Assembly: GCF_001194135.2 (NCBI RefSeq) | Contig: NC_068986.1 | Span: forward strand, 30,703,131-30,767,130 | DNA from: Octopus bimaculoides | Lineage: Eukaryota | Direction: 5' to 3' | DNA: 64,000 nt | Made by a program: the position numbers and the translations under genes | Part shown: in pieces, positions 28,486-43,292 of the stretch | How the letters are laid out: each line of letters begins with the position of its first letter | How positions within the stretch are numbered: the first letter of the stretch is position 1 | The notes under the pieces: generated by a model | Told to the model about the DNA's origin: nothing | Database searches by the model: none | Seen by the model: the letters and a program-made list of their open reading frames with translations, nothing else

Positions 28486-28857
28486 GTAAGTAGCTTTCTG
28501 TTTTTCTTTATCTTCTGTCTTTTACTTGTTTCAGTCATAGTTAGAGTAATGGAAATTGGTTAAATATTTAGGGGTGTTCACTACACTGTTAGTCTACACT
28601 TTATGAACATGATAGATTGAAAGAAGTTAAGTGCACCCAAAACAATCTGAAAAACAGTATGTAGAGCAGGGTTTAAGCAGTTGAGATACTCAAGATAATC
28701 CAGGATCAAGCAAAAATTCCATGAGCTGCAGTGACAAGTAGGCATTAGACTAACAGTGATGCTAATGATATAAAATATAACCCTTTGTTTAAGCAGCTCC
28801 TCTAATATATATTTACATGTGTCTAATTATTTCTTACATTGTTATCTTGTTCTACAG

Positions 28858-28942
28858 GATCAACTGGTGCTGCTGGTCCGAGGCTGTTCACAATACATCA
28901 AGTTGACACCAGTACAGATAATTTACCAAAAGCACACACATG
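28858..28942 (+). CDS. SMURF2: SMURF HECT exon ending in the first two nt of the catalytic Cys codon
   Basis: tacag/…/gtattg; STGAAGPRLFTIHQVDTSTDNLPKAHT(C); the STG insert is SMURF1-like. Confidence 0.96.
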
Positions 28943-29160
28943 GTATTGATTCTCTTTAAATTATCTTGTTTCTATAACCCAAATAAATAAACTGTGTGTA
29001 TGCATGCATGTATCTCTATCTGTGTATGTGTGTATGTGCAATCATTTTAATGTCCATGTTCTATGTTGGCATGGAACATTAACATATAAATATAGGTTAA
29101 TGAGTGGAAATACTTGTTATATATAATCGTGGGTAATGGGTATAGACTTTAACTACATTG

Positions 29161-29390
29161 TTCATCATCATCATCATCGTTTAACGTCCACTTTCCATGC
29201 TAGCATGGGTTGGACGATTTGACTAAGGACTGGTGAACCAGATGGCTACACCAGGCTCCAATCTGATTTGGCAGAGTTTCTACAGCTAGATGCCCTTCCT
29301 AACGCCAACCACTCCGAGAGTGTTGTGGGTGCTTTTACGTGCCACCGGCACGAGATCCAGTCAGGCTGTACTGGCAATATGCTAGTAATA
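29161..29390 (-). mobile_element. Family D copy, antisense to SMURF
   Basis: Reverse complement of 21541-21690 at ~95% identity. Confidence 0.8.
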
Positions 29391-31865
29391 AAATAATTTT
29401 AGGTATCTAAAATTTTAGCTTGATGTAGGAATCCAAGTGATAATGTTGTGCCATAGCTTAACTTCAGAGAGGATATGCATTCATCTCTACTAACTGAAAT
29501 CTAAGGGTATCTCTCTCTCTCTCTCTCCAGAATAAAAAAAACATTACTATTACCTACAATTATCTCTTCACATATGTGGTCATAAACAACTCTGCTGTCT
29601 CTCCATCTTCTGCAATGAACCCACTCCATGTCAGTTTGCCAGTTCCTATCCTTCTTCAAACAAGACTCAAAGGTGGATTTGAACATTGATACTAGGAGAC
29701 TTTGTCCAACCCATACCAGCATGGAACACGGACGTTAAACGACGATGATGATTGGGCTACCACTTTTTACATCGATGTATTGTATTACTTGATGTTGTCT
29801 ATTTACAGCTCTATTGATGAACTGAGACCTTGAGCATTACATGTCTTAGTAGGGGAGACAACTCGTCAACCTTTCAATTAATATCCACAAAATCTGTCAT
29901 TTAGAAGCTGCAATATTTAAAATGTTATTTACATTATTAAACAAAATAATATTCGTTCATTTTTATGTCTTTTTCCATGTCAGCATGAGTTAAACGAATA
30001 AATTGAGTGCTTTACAGCCAGATGCCTCTTCTGCCACTTACCCTTCACTTTTCTTTTTAACCTGTTTAATTAGTAAACACATCTTCGAAGCCATAAAGGC
30101 AGCAGACAATCCATTGACAGGGGAAATGACTGCAATGACATCATATATAGCTGAGTGATTTGCAGAGAAGCTCAAATGTAAACCAATACATGCGCACACG
30201 TGTGTTTGTGTCTCTTTGACATGACATTGTGTTACAGTTGTAAAGGAGTATCCCCGTCATACAAGTGGTGTCCTTCGTTTCCCATCTTCTTTGGAAAATC
30301 TATCCAACCAAGGCAGAAAATATTACCTTTCCTGGAACCAGGTGATGGGAAGAGCATCCTGCTGTACAAAAATCTGCATCGACAAATTCTGTCTGACCCA
30401 TATCAGCATAGAAAAGTAAACATTAAAGCGATGATGATTGTTACATACATGGAAAGGTTGATGACAGGAAATGCATCCGATTATAAAATACAGCCTCAAA
30501 TAAGTCTCTGTCCAACCAATTCTAGCATGGTAAAAAATGGTCATAAGACAAATGAATTAACAATGTATAAATATAATGCACTTTGCTACTTATTATTTCT
30601 GTGAAATCATTGCTTTTCATCGGGGGTGGGCTGTGAGGATTGTGAAAGAGGACAAGCAAATTAACATCAAACTATGTGACTATGATTCTGTGGACAGCTA
30701 TGTGAATACAAATTCTATTTTGTTTTCTCATTAATAAAATAGGAAGGCAAATAAATTCATTAATATTTTGTTGGAATGGGTTTGATGTTTGTCAAATTGA
30801 GAACCACTCAACTAAGTAACCTGCTTCCATGAAATTCAGATATAGTGAAAGTACTAGGACAGTTAATTACTTTTGGTCTACTTTACAGGAACAGAGAGAG
30901 ATGGAGACACATTGCTAATTAGATATGTGCAGGCATGTCTGTGTGATTAAGAAGTTTGTTTCCTTACCACATGGTTTTGGGTTCAATCCCACTGCATGGT
31001 GTCTTCTACTATAGCCCACCCAAGCTGACCAAAGCTTGTTTGATGGATTTGGAAGACTGAAACTGATAAGAAGCTTATCGTGTGTATGTAAACAAGTGTC
31101 ACTGTTATATAAGTGGGGTCTCTTGTTTCCAATCTTCTCTGAAACATGTCTTGGAAACAAGTAAAGGTCGGTGACAAGAAGGGCATCAGGACAGAAAATC
31201 TGTCTCAGGGAATTCTGTCTGACTCATGTAAGCATGAGAAATTGAACAATAAAACAATGATGGTAATAATGAATTAGTTCAAATTTAAGTCAACTCGACC
31301 TCCTAAAAATAGCAACTAGACCTCCTTCAAGTTGCAACATACTGTTTTAAATGAGAAGGATACATTGGATGATTTAGTCTAAAGACTAAAAGAAATTGAC
31401 CAGATGGTCACAACTGGAATACTTTTTATTATAGGTTTTACCATCAGTTCTAAAGCATGATACTCTATCATTCAATAAACCAGTGCAAACTAAAACCAAG
31501 CACTGATATTAACAATTAGGGTTGTTTCAGTACAGCAAGCGTTGCTGCTTGACAGGTGGGCCAAGGGAGCGATCGCGTTCATTGCGTGCCCTCCTCCTGG
31601 TTTGAAGGCTTGTACCACCAGACAGCTAGTCAGCTCTGGTTGCTGGAACTGAAACTAACACGATGCTGTTGGAAGGTAGGTTTAGAGAGGGCACGGGCCA
31701 AAGCTGTTGAGGTAGCAAACCATGAAACATGGTTGGAATTTCTCTTTTAAACAAATCTCTATAGTATTTGTTTAAATTACAAACAATTTGATTTAATTAA
31801 AATAGTTTTTTTGTTTTTAATGAATGAAGCTTGATTAATTTTATTTTATTTTTTTCTTATTTCAG

Positions 31866-31965
31866 TTTCAATCGTATAGATATTCCACCTTATGAAGATT
31901 ATGAAAAATTCTTAAGTAAATTGACTTGCGCAGTTGAAGAAACATGTGGTTTTGCAGTGGAATAA
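31866..31965 (+). CDS. SMURF2: SMURF terminal coding exon
   Basis: ttcag acceptor; (C)FNRIDIPPYEDYEKFLSKLTCAVEETCGFAVE* with TAA at 31963-31965; visible exons sum to an intact frame. Confidence 0.97.
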
Positions 31966-34075
31966 AACAAAACATTAAAAAAAAATTAATTCATAGAACA
32001 GTGTTGGGGTTTTGGCCAGCTTTTCTGCTCTTTGTGTGCCAAAGGGGAAAATAGTTTTCGACAGAAAAGCAATACTTGTTTTTTTTTTTTCTTTTATACA
32101 AAAGGCTGTTATTTTTTTGCAAGTTAACCTCAGTATATTATGTCCGTTTGGAAGGTCACTAATTTGAGGGCTCTAAACATTTGGGTTAAACAACACCCTT
32201 GCAAATTGCATCACCTTTTGTCCTTGCTAAACAATGGCCAGTTGAGTTTTTGTTTCCTCATCTTCAAAGAACCATCTTTGGTCAAGATGACTGACTGTAC
32301 ATAGTTTATCATTGTGAAATGTGGTTTCATGGTTTCTTACTCAAATGTAAGTGTCTATGAGTTAACATTACCTCCACATTCAGAAGTGAAAATTACACTA
32401 CATCTATACATGAAAGTGATATTGTATGTTCACAGGGCATGTGTGTGTATGTGCATGCACGTATGTAGGTTTTTGTATGTGTGTAATGTATGTTCACAGG
32501 GTATATGTGTATGTATGTGCATGCACATATGTAGGTTTATGAACAAGAGTGCATGTGTGTGTGTGTGTGCATATGTTGTGTGTTACGTATGCTAAATAGG
32601 CATTTTCACTGTAAGCAAGCTGTTTGATTGTATTCTCAATCATGATGACTTGACCTAAAGCAACCGTAAGAGTGGTATTTCAAAAATAAAAAAAGTGTGA
32701 TACCCACGATGTTTTTTTTTTTTAATCATTCTCTTTTCAGTCCCAAATATCATAAAAGATTGCATAAAAAATTTCTCCTCAGCTAGTTACTTAACTTATT
32801 GAGTCGAAAGTGTAGACTAAGAAAAATGGAAAACAAGAAATATAATGAAAGAAACCTGGAACTAATGACGGACAAAGTTTTGGATTTGGTGAATGGCTAC
32901 GAAAACTCTTCCTAAAACACTTCCTAAATCCCTCTCTCTCTTTCTCTAAAATAACCAAAAAAAAAAGCAATCAAATTTTAAAAAAAACAATTATTCACGC
33001 AATTACTTTGATCATTGCATATTTTATGTTAGGTATAATTTTAAATTTTATTTCTTCACCTGAAACAAAATTTACCAATCACCACCACCACCACCACCGC
33101 TTGGAAATATGCAGAAGTTTCTGAACCATTTCCAATTACTTTTCCTGTTGTAAAAACCTATTTATGTAAAACAAAACACCAAAAAAAAAAAAAGTACTTT
33201 AGGATTTTCTTTATTGTTTTAAGTTGTTTACCCACTTCTGCCATTTCTCTTCTACGTTTACCTGTCAGTGGTTTTATACTGACTCCTCTTTTACCTCATC
33301 TTCTGATTTATTAAACCTTCAGAAATTATTATTTGTTAAAGTGTATGTGTAAATGTTGGTTAAATACCAATTGTATGAAAAATGTAATTTTATGAACATG
33401 CAAAGAAAACAATCTGCCAAAAACAAAAAGTTATATTAGGTTTGTTTTTTTTTTAATGTCTTTGCATTTATCAAAAATTATTCTCGTTTTTATCAGCCTA
33501 TGGAATAAATCATTAATGTGATCTTTTATTTTTAACGACGGCCTGATCCTCTGTTTACTGATATTACTAGATTTTTTTTTTTTTTTTTTTATATACATCA
33601 TATACATATATGCACAACAATTTAAATGGTGCCACATAAATGTCATTGCTGGTAAGACTTTTATACTCTCTCACTCTGTCACATCCGAACTCACTCCTAA
33701 TAATGAATCACTGCAGCCCGTATCAGAAATACAGGCATGGAGTTCTCTATATAATAGAGTAAAAAAAAAATAATTAAATAAAGGAAATGCTCACCAGTAA
33801 AATATACTATTTTGAATAATTAAGATGTGGTGTAAATCATTACAGTAATCAAAATAATTGAATCTGCTGGAATTTCAGATTCAGTCCACCGTTTGTCTAG
33901 CAATGGAGTGTGCCTGCATGTACGTACGTATGTATGTGAGTGTGTGCATGTGCGTGTTCATACATCTGAGAGAATGTACTCCAACCGACTGACACACTGT
34001 ATCAGTTTTTATAAATAAATTTGTACAAAATGTCTTGTGATGATTTCTAATATAAAAAGAAAAAAATAAATAAAA
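31966..34075 (+). other. Probable SMURF 3' UTR (~2.1 kb) with AATAAA signals near 34012 and 34065
   Basis: TE-poor AT-rich stretch after the stop codon, ending in clustered AATAAA hexamers before TE-rich sequence resumes; the 3' end is inferred. Confidence 0.55.
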
Positions 34076-34160
34076 GCATTTTAAGGTTAATCACATTGTT
34101 CGCTTTCATTTAAGGAATATTTTTTCTTGTGTTCTGTCTCTTTCTCTGTAAAAGCTTATA

Positions 34161-34280
34161 CAGGGTGTTCAAAAAGTGAATTTTTTTTCATCCTGCCCAT
34201 CACCATGGCGCGACTTCAAGAGTTTTTCGGTGAATGGATTATTTCAAAGGGATTTTGGCCACTAAGATCACCAGTTTCTA
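34161..34280 (+). mobile_element. Tc1/mariner-type fragment
   Basis: ta|cagggtgttcaaaaag TIR end; IISKGFWPLRSP resembles the WPPRSPDL motif. Confidence 0.6.
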
Positions 34281-37241
34281 TTCCCAAGATATATATATAT
34301 ATATGAGTGGTTGGCGTTAGGAAGGGCATCCAGCTGTAGAAACTCTGCCAAATTAGATTGGAGCCTGGTGTTGCCATCCGGTTTCACCAGTCCTCAGTCA
34401 AATTGTCCAACCTACACTAGCATGGAAAGCGGACGTTAAACGACGATGATGATGATGATGATGATGATATAATATAAATGCACAAAAATATATATATATA
34501 CAATAGTCGAGTACCTTGTTGCTGGGTAATTTTCACAATAGAATGCCTTGGTGGACTTTTGGAATAGCATACCCATATAAGTGGGATTTTCTGTTTTGAT
34601 GGAGGGGTTTCAAATTTTTCTCTCTATACCCCTGCAGATGATGGGTGGGGGAAGCTTTTTATGAAAAAATTTTGGAAAATTTGATTCTTCTCCCACTGGA
34701 CTTTTTTACGTATATTTTTCAAACCTCCTCCCTAACTCGGTACCAATTTTGGCTTTTTTTTTTTTCTTTTGCACTGTACACAAGAAAAACTGTATTGGTT
34801 TAAAAAAAAAAGGAATTTTGGGAAATCAACGATCACCATTACAACCACCACCACTTTTATTTTCAAATAGAAAATTAAACACAATTCAAAAACAATAGAT
34901 CATAGTTTTAAAATACAGATAGTCCAAATCTATAATTTGTTTCCTTTTATAATTGTAAAATAATTTTCAGACAGAAAGGTGTATGATTTGAGGAAGATAT
35001 AGCTGTTGTTTGCAGCACATTGTACAGCCACCTAGCACCTTACTCGCTTCTTTGTCACTCTGACGTATTGATATTTTTCTCCCCATAAACACATCTTATG
35101 GAATGATAATGCAGAAGTAACTGCTTAGATTTTTTTTAAATCACTCTGTTGCCCTAATGAAATTCCTTACACATGTTCATACACTGTAAGCAATGTACAT
35201 ATACAGAGTGAGAGAGAAAGTGAAAAATGAAAGAGATATACAAATAAAGAGATTCGAGTGAGATCGTTGCCAGTGCCACTGGACTGGCTGCTATGCAGGA
35301 CACGAAACTTGGCTTGTGAAGACCTGTTGGGGCAAGCAAAATCGTGACGGCACCTGTGCCCAGCGTCGCCTTCCTGGCACGTGCAAAGACATTTGAGCGA
35401 GATCGTTGCCAGTGCCGCTGGACTGGCTCCTGTGCAGGTGGCACGTAAAATACACCATTTTGAGCATTGCCAGTACCGTCTGACTGGCCTTCATGCTGGT
35501 GGCACGTAAAAGCACCCACTACACTCTCGGAGTGGTTGGCGTTAGGAAGGGCATCCAGCTGTAGAAACTCTGCCAAATCAGATTGGAGCCTGGTGTAGCC
35601 ATCTGGTTCACCAGTCCTCAGTCAAATCGTCCAACCCATGCTAGCATGGAAAGCAGACGTTAANNNNNNNNNNNNNNNNNNNNNNNNNNNNNNNNNNNNN
35701 NNNNNNNNNNNNNNNNNNNNNNNNNNNNNNNNNNNNNNNNNNNNNNNNNNNNNNNNNNNNNNNNNNNNNNNNNNNNNNNNNNNNNNNNNNNNNNNNNNNN
35801 NNNNNNNNNNNNNNNNNNNNNNNNNNNNNNNNNNNNNNNNNNNNNNNNNNNNNNNNNNNNNNNNNNNNNNNNNNNNNNNNNNNNNNNNNNNNNNNNNNNN
35901 NNNNNNNNNNNNNNNNNNNNNNNNNNNNNNNNNNNNNNNNNNNNNNNNNNNNNNNNNNNNNNNNNNNNNNNNNNNNNNNNNNNNNNNNNNNNNNNNNNNN
36001 NNNNNNNNNNNNNNNNNNNNNNNNNNNNNNNNNNNNNNNNNNNNNNNNNNNNNNNNNNNNNNNNNNNNNNNNNNNNNNNNNNNNNNNNNNNNNNNNTTTA
36101 TGGACAACCTTCTCTTCAAGATGGATTTCAAAAATCAAATTTGCTTTTCTCAACAACACACTTACATAACCACGCGTGTAAGAGGCATAGTGACGGATAC
36201 CTTTGTATCTGACCAGGGGTTAGTTAACTTTTTATGTTACCACCTTAGTAGTAAGATCAGGCTGGAGAAGAGGTACCTGTCACGAGACAGATTCATGAGA
36301 AGATGGAAGCCAGTGGCGAGGAAGCTGGGAGTGTTTGGCACCAGGTAAGTGGAAGCCAAAAGCAAGGGGTCTACCCTGGTGGTCTGATGCCTATCTTTCA
36401 GGAAAGCCATTACAAATTGCATCTGTAATGAGCAATGCTTTAATCGAACATTGGGAATATAATCAAATTATTATTGTATATTTAAGATTGTAAATATTTA
36501 ATCAATACAGCTACTTCACCCCTTTTATGTTTGTTTGTCCCCTCTTTGTAATGCCTTTATGGCAAATATTTATGAAATAAAGTAGCTTGTTTCCAAACCA
36601 CATGGTTCCGGGTTCAGTCCCACTGTGTGGCAACTTGGGCAACTGTTTTCTACTATAGCCTCAGGCCAAACTAAGACTTGTAAGTGGATTTGGTAAGCGG
36701 AAACTGAAAGAAGCCCATCATATATGTATATATATATATAAGTACATATGTGTCTGTGTTTATTCCTCCCAACATTGCTTGACAACCATTGACGGTGGTG
36801 TGTTTACGTCCCTGTAACCTAGCAGTTCAGCAAAAAAGACTGCTATAATAAGAACTAGATTTACAAAGAANNNNNNNNNNGTCCAACCCATGCTAGCATG
36901 GAAAGCAGACGTTAAACGATGATGATGAAGTGAATATTTGTGAATTTGGTATATTGATATAGTTTGTCATGTTTAATCTGACTCTGATTCATTTATTCTA
37001 GAAAAATTTGAGAAAAATGTTACAGAGGTTTAAAGTTTGATCGTTTTTACCCAATCAAGACAATAGGATTTGTGCATGATAGCAGACATTAGAAGACAAA
37101 GTTTTAAACAAAAATGAAAGCAACTGCATGCCATATGAAGAGAGTGGGGGAGCAGCATGTGTGAGAGACAATACATATACAGAGAGAACGTGATCTATAA
37201 GTTGAGTTATTTCTCATGGCAAATTTTTTTTTTTTTTTTTT

Positions 37242-38101
37242 NNNNNNNNNNNNNNNNNNNNNNNNNNNNNNNNNNNNNNNNNNNNNNNNNNNNNNNNNNN
37301 NNNNNNNNNNNNNNNNNNNNNNNNNNNNNNNNNNNNNNNNNNNNNNNNNNNNNNNNNNNNNNNNNNNNNNNNNNNNNNNNNNNNNNNNNNNNNNNNNNNN
37401 NNNNNNNNNNNNNNNNNNNNNNNNNNNNNNNNNNNNNNNNNNNNNNNNNNNNNNNNNNNNNNNNNNNNNNNNNNNNNNNNNNNNNNNNNNNNNNNNNNNN
37501 NNNNNNNNNNNNNNNNNNNNNNNNNNNNNNNNNNNNNNNNNNNNNNNNNNNNNNNNNNNNNNNNNNNNNNNNNNNNNNNNNNNNNNNNNNNNNNNNNNNN
37601 NNNNNNNNNNNNNNNNNNNNNNNNNNNNNNNNNNNNNNNNNNNNNNNNNNNNNNNNNNNNNNNNNNNNNNNNNNNNNNNNNNNNNNNNNNNNNNNNNNNN
37701 NNNNNNNNNNNNNNNNNNNNNNNNNNNNNNNNNNNNNNNNNNNNNNNNNNNNNNNNNNNNNNNNNNNNNNNNNNNNNNNNNNNNNNNNNNNNNNNNNNNN
37801 NNNNNNNNNNNNNNNNNNNNNNNNNNNNNNNNNNNNNNNNNNNNNNNNNNNNNNNNNNNNNNNNNNNNNNNNNNNNNNNNNNNNNNNNNNNNNNNNNNNN
37901 NNNNNNNNNNNNNNNNNNNNNNNNNNNNNNNNNNNNNNNNNNNNNNNNNNNNNNNNNNNNNNNNNNNNNNNNNNNNNNNNNNNNNNNNNNNNNNNNNNNN
38001 NNNNNNNNNNNNNNNNNNNNNNNNNNNNNNNNNNNNNNNNNNNNNNNNNNNNNNNNNNNNNNNNNNNNNNNNNNNNNNNNNNNNNNNNNNNNNNNNNNNN
38101 N
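37242..38101. other. Assembly gap; others at 2856-3091, 20785-20835, 35664-36096, 36871-36880
   Basis: Runs of N. Confidence 1.
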
Positions 38102-38928
38102 TACATATGTGTCTGTGTTTATTCCTCCCAACATTGCTTGACAACCATTGACGGTGGTGTGTTTACGTCCCTGTAACCTAGCAGTTCAGCAAAAAAGACT
38201 GCTATAATAAGAACTAGATTTACAAAGAATAAGTCCTGGGGTCAATTTTTTAGACTAAAGGTGGTGCTCCAGCATGCCCGCAATCAAATGACTGAAACAA
38301 ATAAAAGCATAAAAGAGTTTGATCAATTTTATAATTTTACAACCATTTGAATGCATTGCGAAAGAATTCTTTATTATTAAACAAAAATAATTTTTTTAAA
38401 AGCAATATTATTTTCTTTAATTATATTTACCAATAATAATAATTGCATGATGATTTTTTTCTCTTTTCATTTTTTTCTTTTTTTTTGAAAGAATGTAGAT
38501 TTGTATAATTTCCACTAGATTTCAGTGGCTTGGTACAGTTGAGAAATAATTAAATAATTTCAGACCCAATAGAAGCCTTACACGTAAAATGGCCATTCCT
38601 TAGAATGCTTCCCATTTTGATGCTAGCAACATTTTAGATTAATATTGCCCAATACACAAAGGAGTCAGATCTGTTTTAGTATCATACCCAATTTCCATCA
38701 CTCAGTTTTTTTGTTTTTTTCAAATATTAAACAGATTTCATCCCACTTACACTTTCTTGAGAGGGATGAAATTAGTTCTGATGTTTTATATCCATTGGAG
38801 TCTTTTGCATCGTATAACATGAGCCAAATATGGTCCATTATATTTTTTTATATATATATTTATTTTATTTTATTTTTTTTTTATATATAAAATTAGATAT
38901 TTTGGTCTTCCTTTTTCGTTCATCAAGG

Positions 38929-39167
38929 TTATTTGTCGTTGTTGCAATATTCTGTAGTATTGTCAGCGAGTTTCAAAATGAATATGGCATCATCAATTAC
39001 ATAAAAGGATGTTGAAATATCACCTTCTGATATATAAGGAGCACGTGAAAATGTCATCAACTCATAGCCGAGGGGCTCTAGGACATTGTCAACAAAACTT
39101 ACAAGTTGTTCTTCAAAACCAGAACCTTTAATGTCTAATTTCTCAGCTGAAGTATGATCCACAGAAT
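38929..39167 (-). CDS. METTL9: METTL9 terminal exon
   Basis: tttag acceptor; LDIKGSGFEEQ…FSRAPYISEGDISTSFYVIDDAIFILKLADNTTEYCNNDK*. Confidence 0.94.
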
Positions 39168-41145
39168 CTAAAATAAGAAAGTAAATTCAGCATATTGAGA
39201 AATATGTAACCAAATTTTATTGTATAAATTAAAAGTTAATTTCTCATGAAAACGTCTAGCAAAAAAAACAATTGTAGATGTATTTAAATTATGTAATAGA
39301 AGCAGCTCTGTATTAAAACTCGTTCAATACAATGTACTTAATGCGTGTACTTGAAATGTTAGAAGCTGTTGTTTTTGTTTAGGAAAAATCCCCTTTTAGA
39401 TATATTGTGTTATAAAACACAATATACTTCAGGTCATTTCTGAGGTGATTTTGTTTTGCCTAGCTCTGAGGCATATTTTGTGTTTTTAACAATGCATCTA
39501 TAAAGGGATTTTCCCCAGATGAAAACTGCAGCTTCTGCCAACAGGGACACCCACATAAATATACATGTATGTGCACACACATGATGGGCTTCTTTCAGTT
39601 TAAATCAACCAAATCCTTTCACAAGGCTTTGGTTGGCCTGGGGCTATAGTAGAAGGCATTTGCTTAAGGTACCTTGCAGTAGGACTGAACCCCAAACCAA
39701 TTGATTGGGAAGCAAACTTCTTCACAACACAAGCATATATGCACCTTCTATAAAAACAAACCTGAATGAAAGACAGTTGAAATTTCTCCTGAAATTCATT
39801 TAAAATTTATTACTGTCTATAGTAAATGTTATCCCTGCAATACATGTTATTAGCATATTAAAGAAAGCTGAATATAAGGTTATTTGTGCTGGACAACTGA
39901 TCTCATAATCATATGTTAAAACCCTATAACAGTCACTCTGTTATAAAATACTTAACATTCCTTATTTCAGTCAGTCTGCCTGCCTAGTACCAGATGAGAG
40001 ATTAGTGGTACAGAGAACAAACACATTTACAAAACAATTGTTCCAGTAATATAATAAATACAATACATTCATTCATTTTCACTGCCCTCTATTCCTGAGA
40101 CGGCAATGGAGGTACAGTCTTCGGGCACCTCCTTTCATAGGGTCTGATCAGAAGCAACTGTCATACATACTTACTGACCAGATTCCCAAGAGTGACTGAC
40201 TGAGACTATGAATATTATCCAACCATCTTCTTCTTAGTCTACACCTAGGTCTCTTGCTAGCTGACTTCACTTGAAGAATCCATCTTTCAATTCTTTCCTT
40301 CAACATTCTTATCACAAAACTGCAGTACCAGAGCTATGACCTGTCAATGTGGAAAAGTAAGCAGCTCAACCTCAGGAGACTCCCTGATCTCAAAGTTATG
40401 CAAAACAAAAGCAATTTCTGAATTATTTTGTTTCTCCTTTTTACTTCAACAATGCAATATATAATGCAAGAGTTGCAGTTTTTTTTTATCCAGGTAGCCT
40501 GATGCAAGCAGAATATTGTCTTATATCTTTCACTGGTTCCAGTCATTGAACTGCAGCCATGCTGGAGCACTGTCTCGAGGGGTTTAGTCGCTCAAATCAA
40601 CCCCAGTACTTATTGGTCTTTTTTGCAGAACTGCTAAGTTATGGGGAGATCACATAAGTGGGAACATACATCCACATACGCATTTCTAAATATATATATA
40701 ATATATATGACGAACTTCTTTCAGTTTCCATCTACCAAATCCACTCACAGAGCTTTAGTCAGTCCAGGGCTCTAGAAGACATTAGCCCAAGGTATCACAC
40801 ACTAGGACTGAACCTGGAACTATGTGGTTGGGAAACAAATTTCTTACCACAAAGAGAAAAGACAACAAAGGATGCAGTGCATTAAATCTCAATCTGTACT
40901 TATTTTATCAACTGTTAGAAGTATGAAATACGAAGTCAACTTCAGCAAGATTTGAACTCAAAATCTAATGACATATCTAAATACTGCACAGCATTTTGTT
41001 TGACATTATGACATTACCAATTATACAAATCACTATTCTAATGTATTTTAATTATGACAGCCATAGATGATCTTGCAATATAGTGAAGAACCATTTTATA
41101 TTTAAATCACAGCGTAATATGTAGGGGGAAAAAATGAAAACTTAC

Positions 41146-41330
41146 TTTCTTCCACATAAGGACTAAAAGGGAAAACAAGGGCGATAATCAGTCTTCCTGA
41201 TCCTCGCCGAAGAACACCCTTTATTTGTTTCAAAATGGTGAGTGGCTCATTACAGCGATCAAGCAGGTTCAGACAGGTTACCACATCGTAAATTATGTCT
41301 CCATGTGCCCACCTATCCAACTCGAGGTTT
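41146..41330 (-). CDS. METTL9: METTL9 exon 5
   Basis: attag/…/gtaagt; YDVVTCLNLLDRCNEPLTILKQIKGVLRRGSGRLIIALVFPFSPYVE (CLNLLDRC motif). Confidence 0.95.
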
Positions 41331-41811
41331 CTAATAGGTATAAATAAATAAATATTTTCAACATGATACACAAAAATGTTAGCATTGCATCTTGTATTTC
41401 TCAAGCATATTTTCAAGGGAGATAACTTTGCAGCACACTGACAATTTCAAATACATTTTTTTTTTTTTTTTTTTTTCAGAAAATGGAAAAACTAAAAAGG
41501 AAATTATTTTCTGTTTAACTATATCTTATGTGGACCTTATTTTGTTTAATATATGGGAATTTTAACATATACTTTTATATCATCCTCATCATTTAACGTT
41601 TATTTTCCACGTTTGCATGGGTCAAACGGAATAACTTGAGGCAAATTTTCTACAGCCAGCAGCCCTTTTTGTTGTCAACCCTCTCACCTGTTTCCAAGTA
41701 GGATATTTTCCCATGGCCAGACATATTTTTCAGGAATGACTAGAAACGAACAACCATGCTTGTACGACGATGATGCTCATTTACAATCAACATATGATAT
41801 CTAGAGAAATG

Positions 41812-41843
<32 letters not shown>

Positions 41844-42036
41844 AACAAATAGTAAATGAGTATATGCATATATACGTACAGGTATGTGCATACCGACATC
41901 CACCTGTATGTATAGGTGCATATCTGGGTACAGGACATTGCAAACAAACGTAGACGAGAACACACGAGCCACATAGAGAACATTCTACTTCATCAGCTAC
42001 CCACGTTTTAACACCGGCGTTTCGACGAGCTTGGTC

Positions 42037-42170
<134 letters not shown>

Positions 42171-42709
42171 TGGACATCTTTCGGTTTCTATGTACCAAGT
42201 CCACTCACAAATTTTTGAATAACCCAGTTCTTTGGTAGAATATGCTTACCCAAGTTGCCATACAGTGGGACTGAACCCAAGATAATACAGCTGGGAAACA
42301 AGCTTCCTAACCACACAGCCATGCCTGCACTTATAACTGTCTTATCACTCAGGACTGAACTTCATCTATCAGAGATATAAGAAAATATGCTTTGAAGTTT
42401 TTACTTCAAAATCTGTTCATTGTTACGCTAAGAAAGTTACCACTAGTGAAATAATTTACAACCAAGAAATACAAAACCGTTGTATTTATTTTTGAAAAGG
42501 GAATTACAGCAAAGTATAATTTATACAGAAAGCATTAACATTTCACCCTGTTTAATATGAGACTAAAACAGAAACAGCATCTGAAAAATTCTATTTTGAT
42601 TACATCAAAGTTTAATGCTCTTACTGACATTGGTTCTATAATTAATTTTAATTATTGTTTATTAATGCTTCGAGAAACATAAAAGATGAAATAGACAAAA
42701 TAGGGAGAG

Positions 42710-42742
<33 letters not shown>

Positions 42743-43183
42743 CTAATGAGAGAAAAAGCAAGTTTTGAAAGACACAATTCTAGAGATAGCTGTTTAAGCC
42801 CTGATTGAGTAAATCTAGGATCAAACGTGTTCTAGCCATGATTATCCTGCCATTTTCAAGACCGCAAGTATAAACTACATTATTTAATAGCCTCCTTTTT
42901 CTAAGATGGTAAAGAGATATTTAAAAACAATTTGGCTGCTGTTTCTAGCAGGTTAAGTGTCCTATGCACTTACTGACAAGTGATAATGAAAAACGTTTTT
43001 CAAATTGGTTGATCTGAAGGAAAGAATGAAGTGTGTATGATTCATGAATAAATATGATATAGTAACAGACTAGTTTTACAATGTTAATCAGCTATATATT
43101 GTTTTATGAACCAACTGTGAGGCATTGATTCAGCCCAAATAATATTTACATAAAATAATAAAACCACAAAATCAAATACGAAC

Positions 43184-43292
43184 ATGAAACCTTTTTCTTT
43201 TAACCGTATTTTCATCTGATTTGAGACTTCTGTTACATAGACATTTTTAAAGTAGCTAGCCATTTTTTTGGTAACCATTCCATCACCGGCTC
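43184..43292 (-). CDS. METTL9: METTL9 exon 4
   Basis: tacag/…/gttcgt; GAGDGMVTKKMASYFKNVYVTEVSNQMKIRLKEKGF completes the DLGAGDG SAM-binding motif. Confidence 0.9.

Noticed and set aside
35622-38176. Long ORFs of 170-346 aa in the ORF track
   Set aside because: Made of X from N-gaps.
36743-38229. Identical 128-bp duplication (36743-36870 = 38102-38229) and repeat of 35627-35663 at 36881
   Set aside because: Both abut N-gaps and lie in SINEs; most likely contig-end overlap, an assembly artefact.
41960-42036. Hammerhead-like pieces on the minus strand (GAAAC plus palindromic acgccggtgt, then CTGATGA)
   Set aside because: The upstream core and helix I are replaced by microsatellite and no complete fold is possible; likely a dead Penelope relic.
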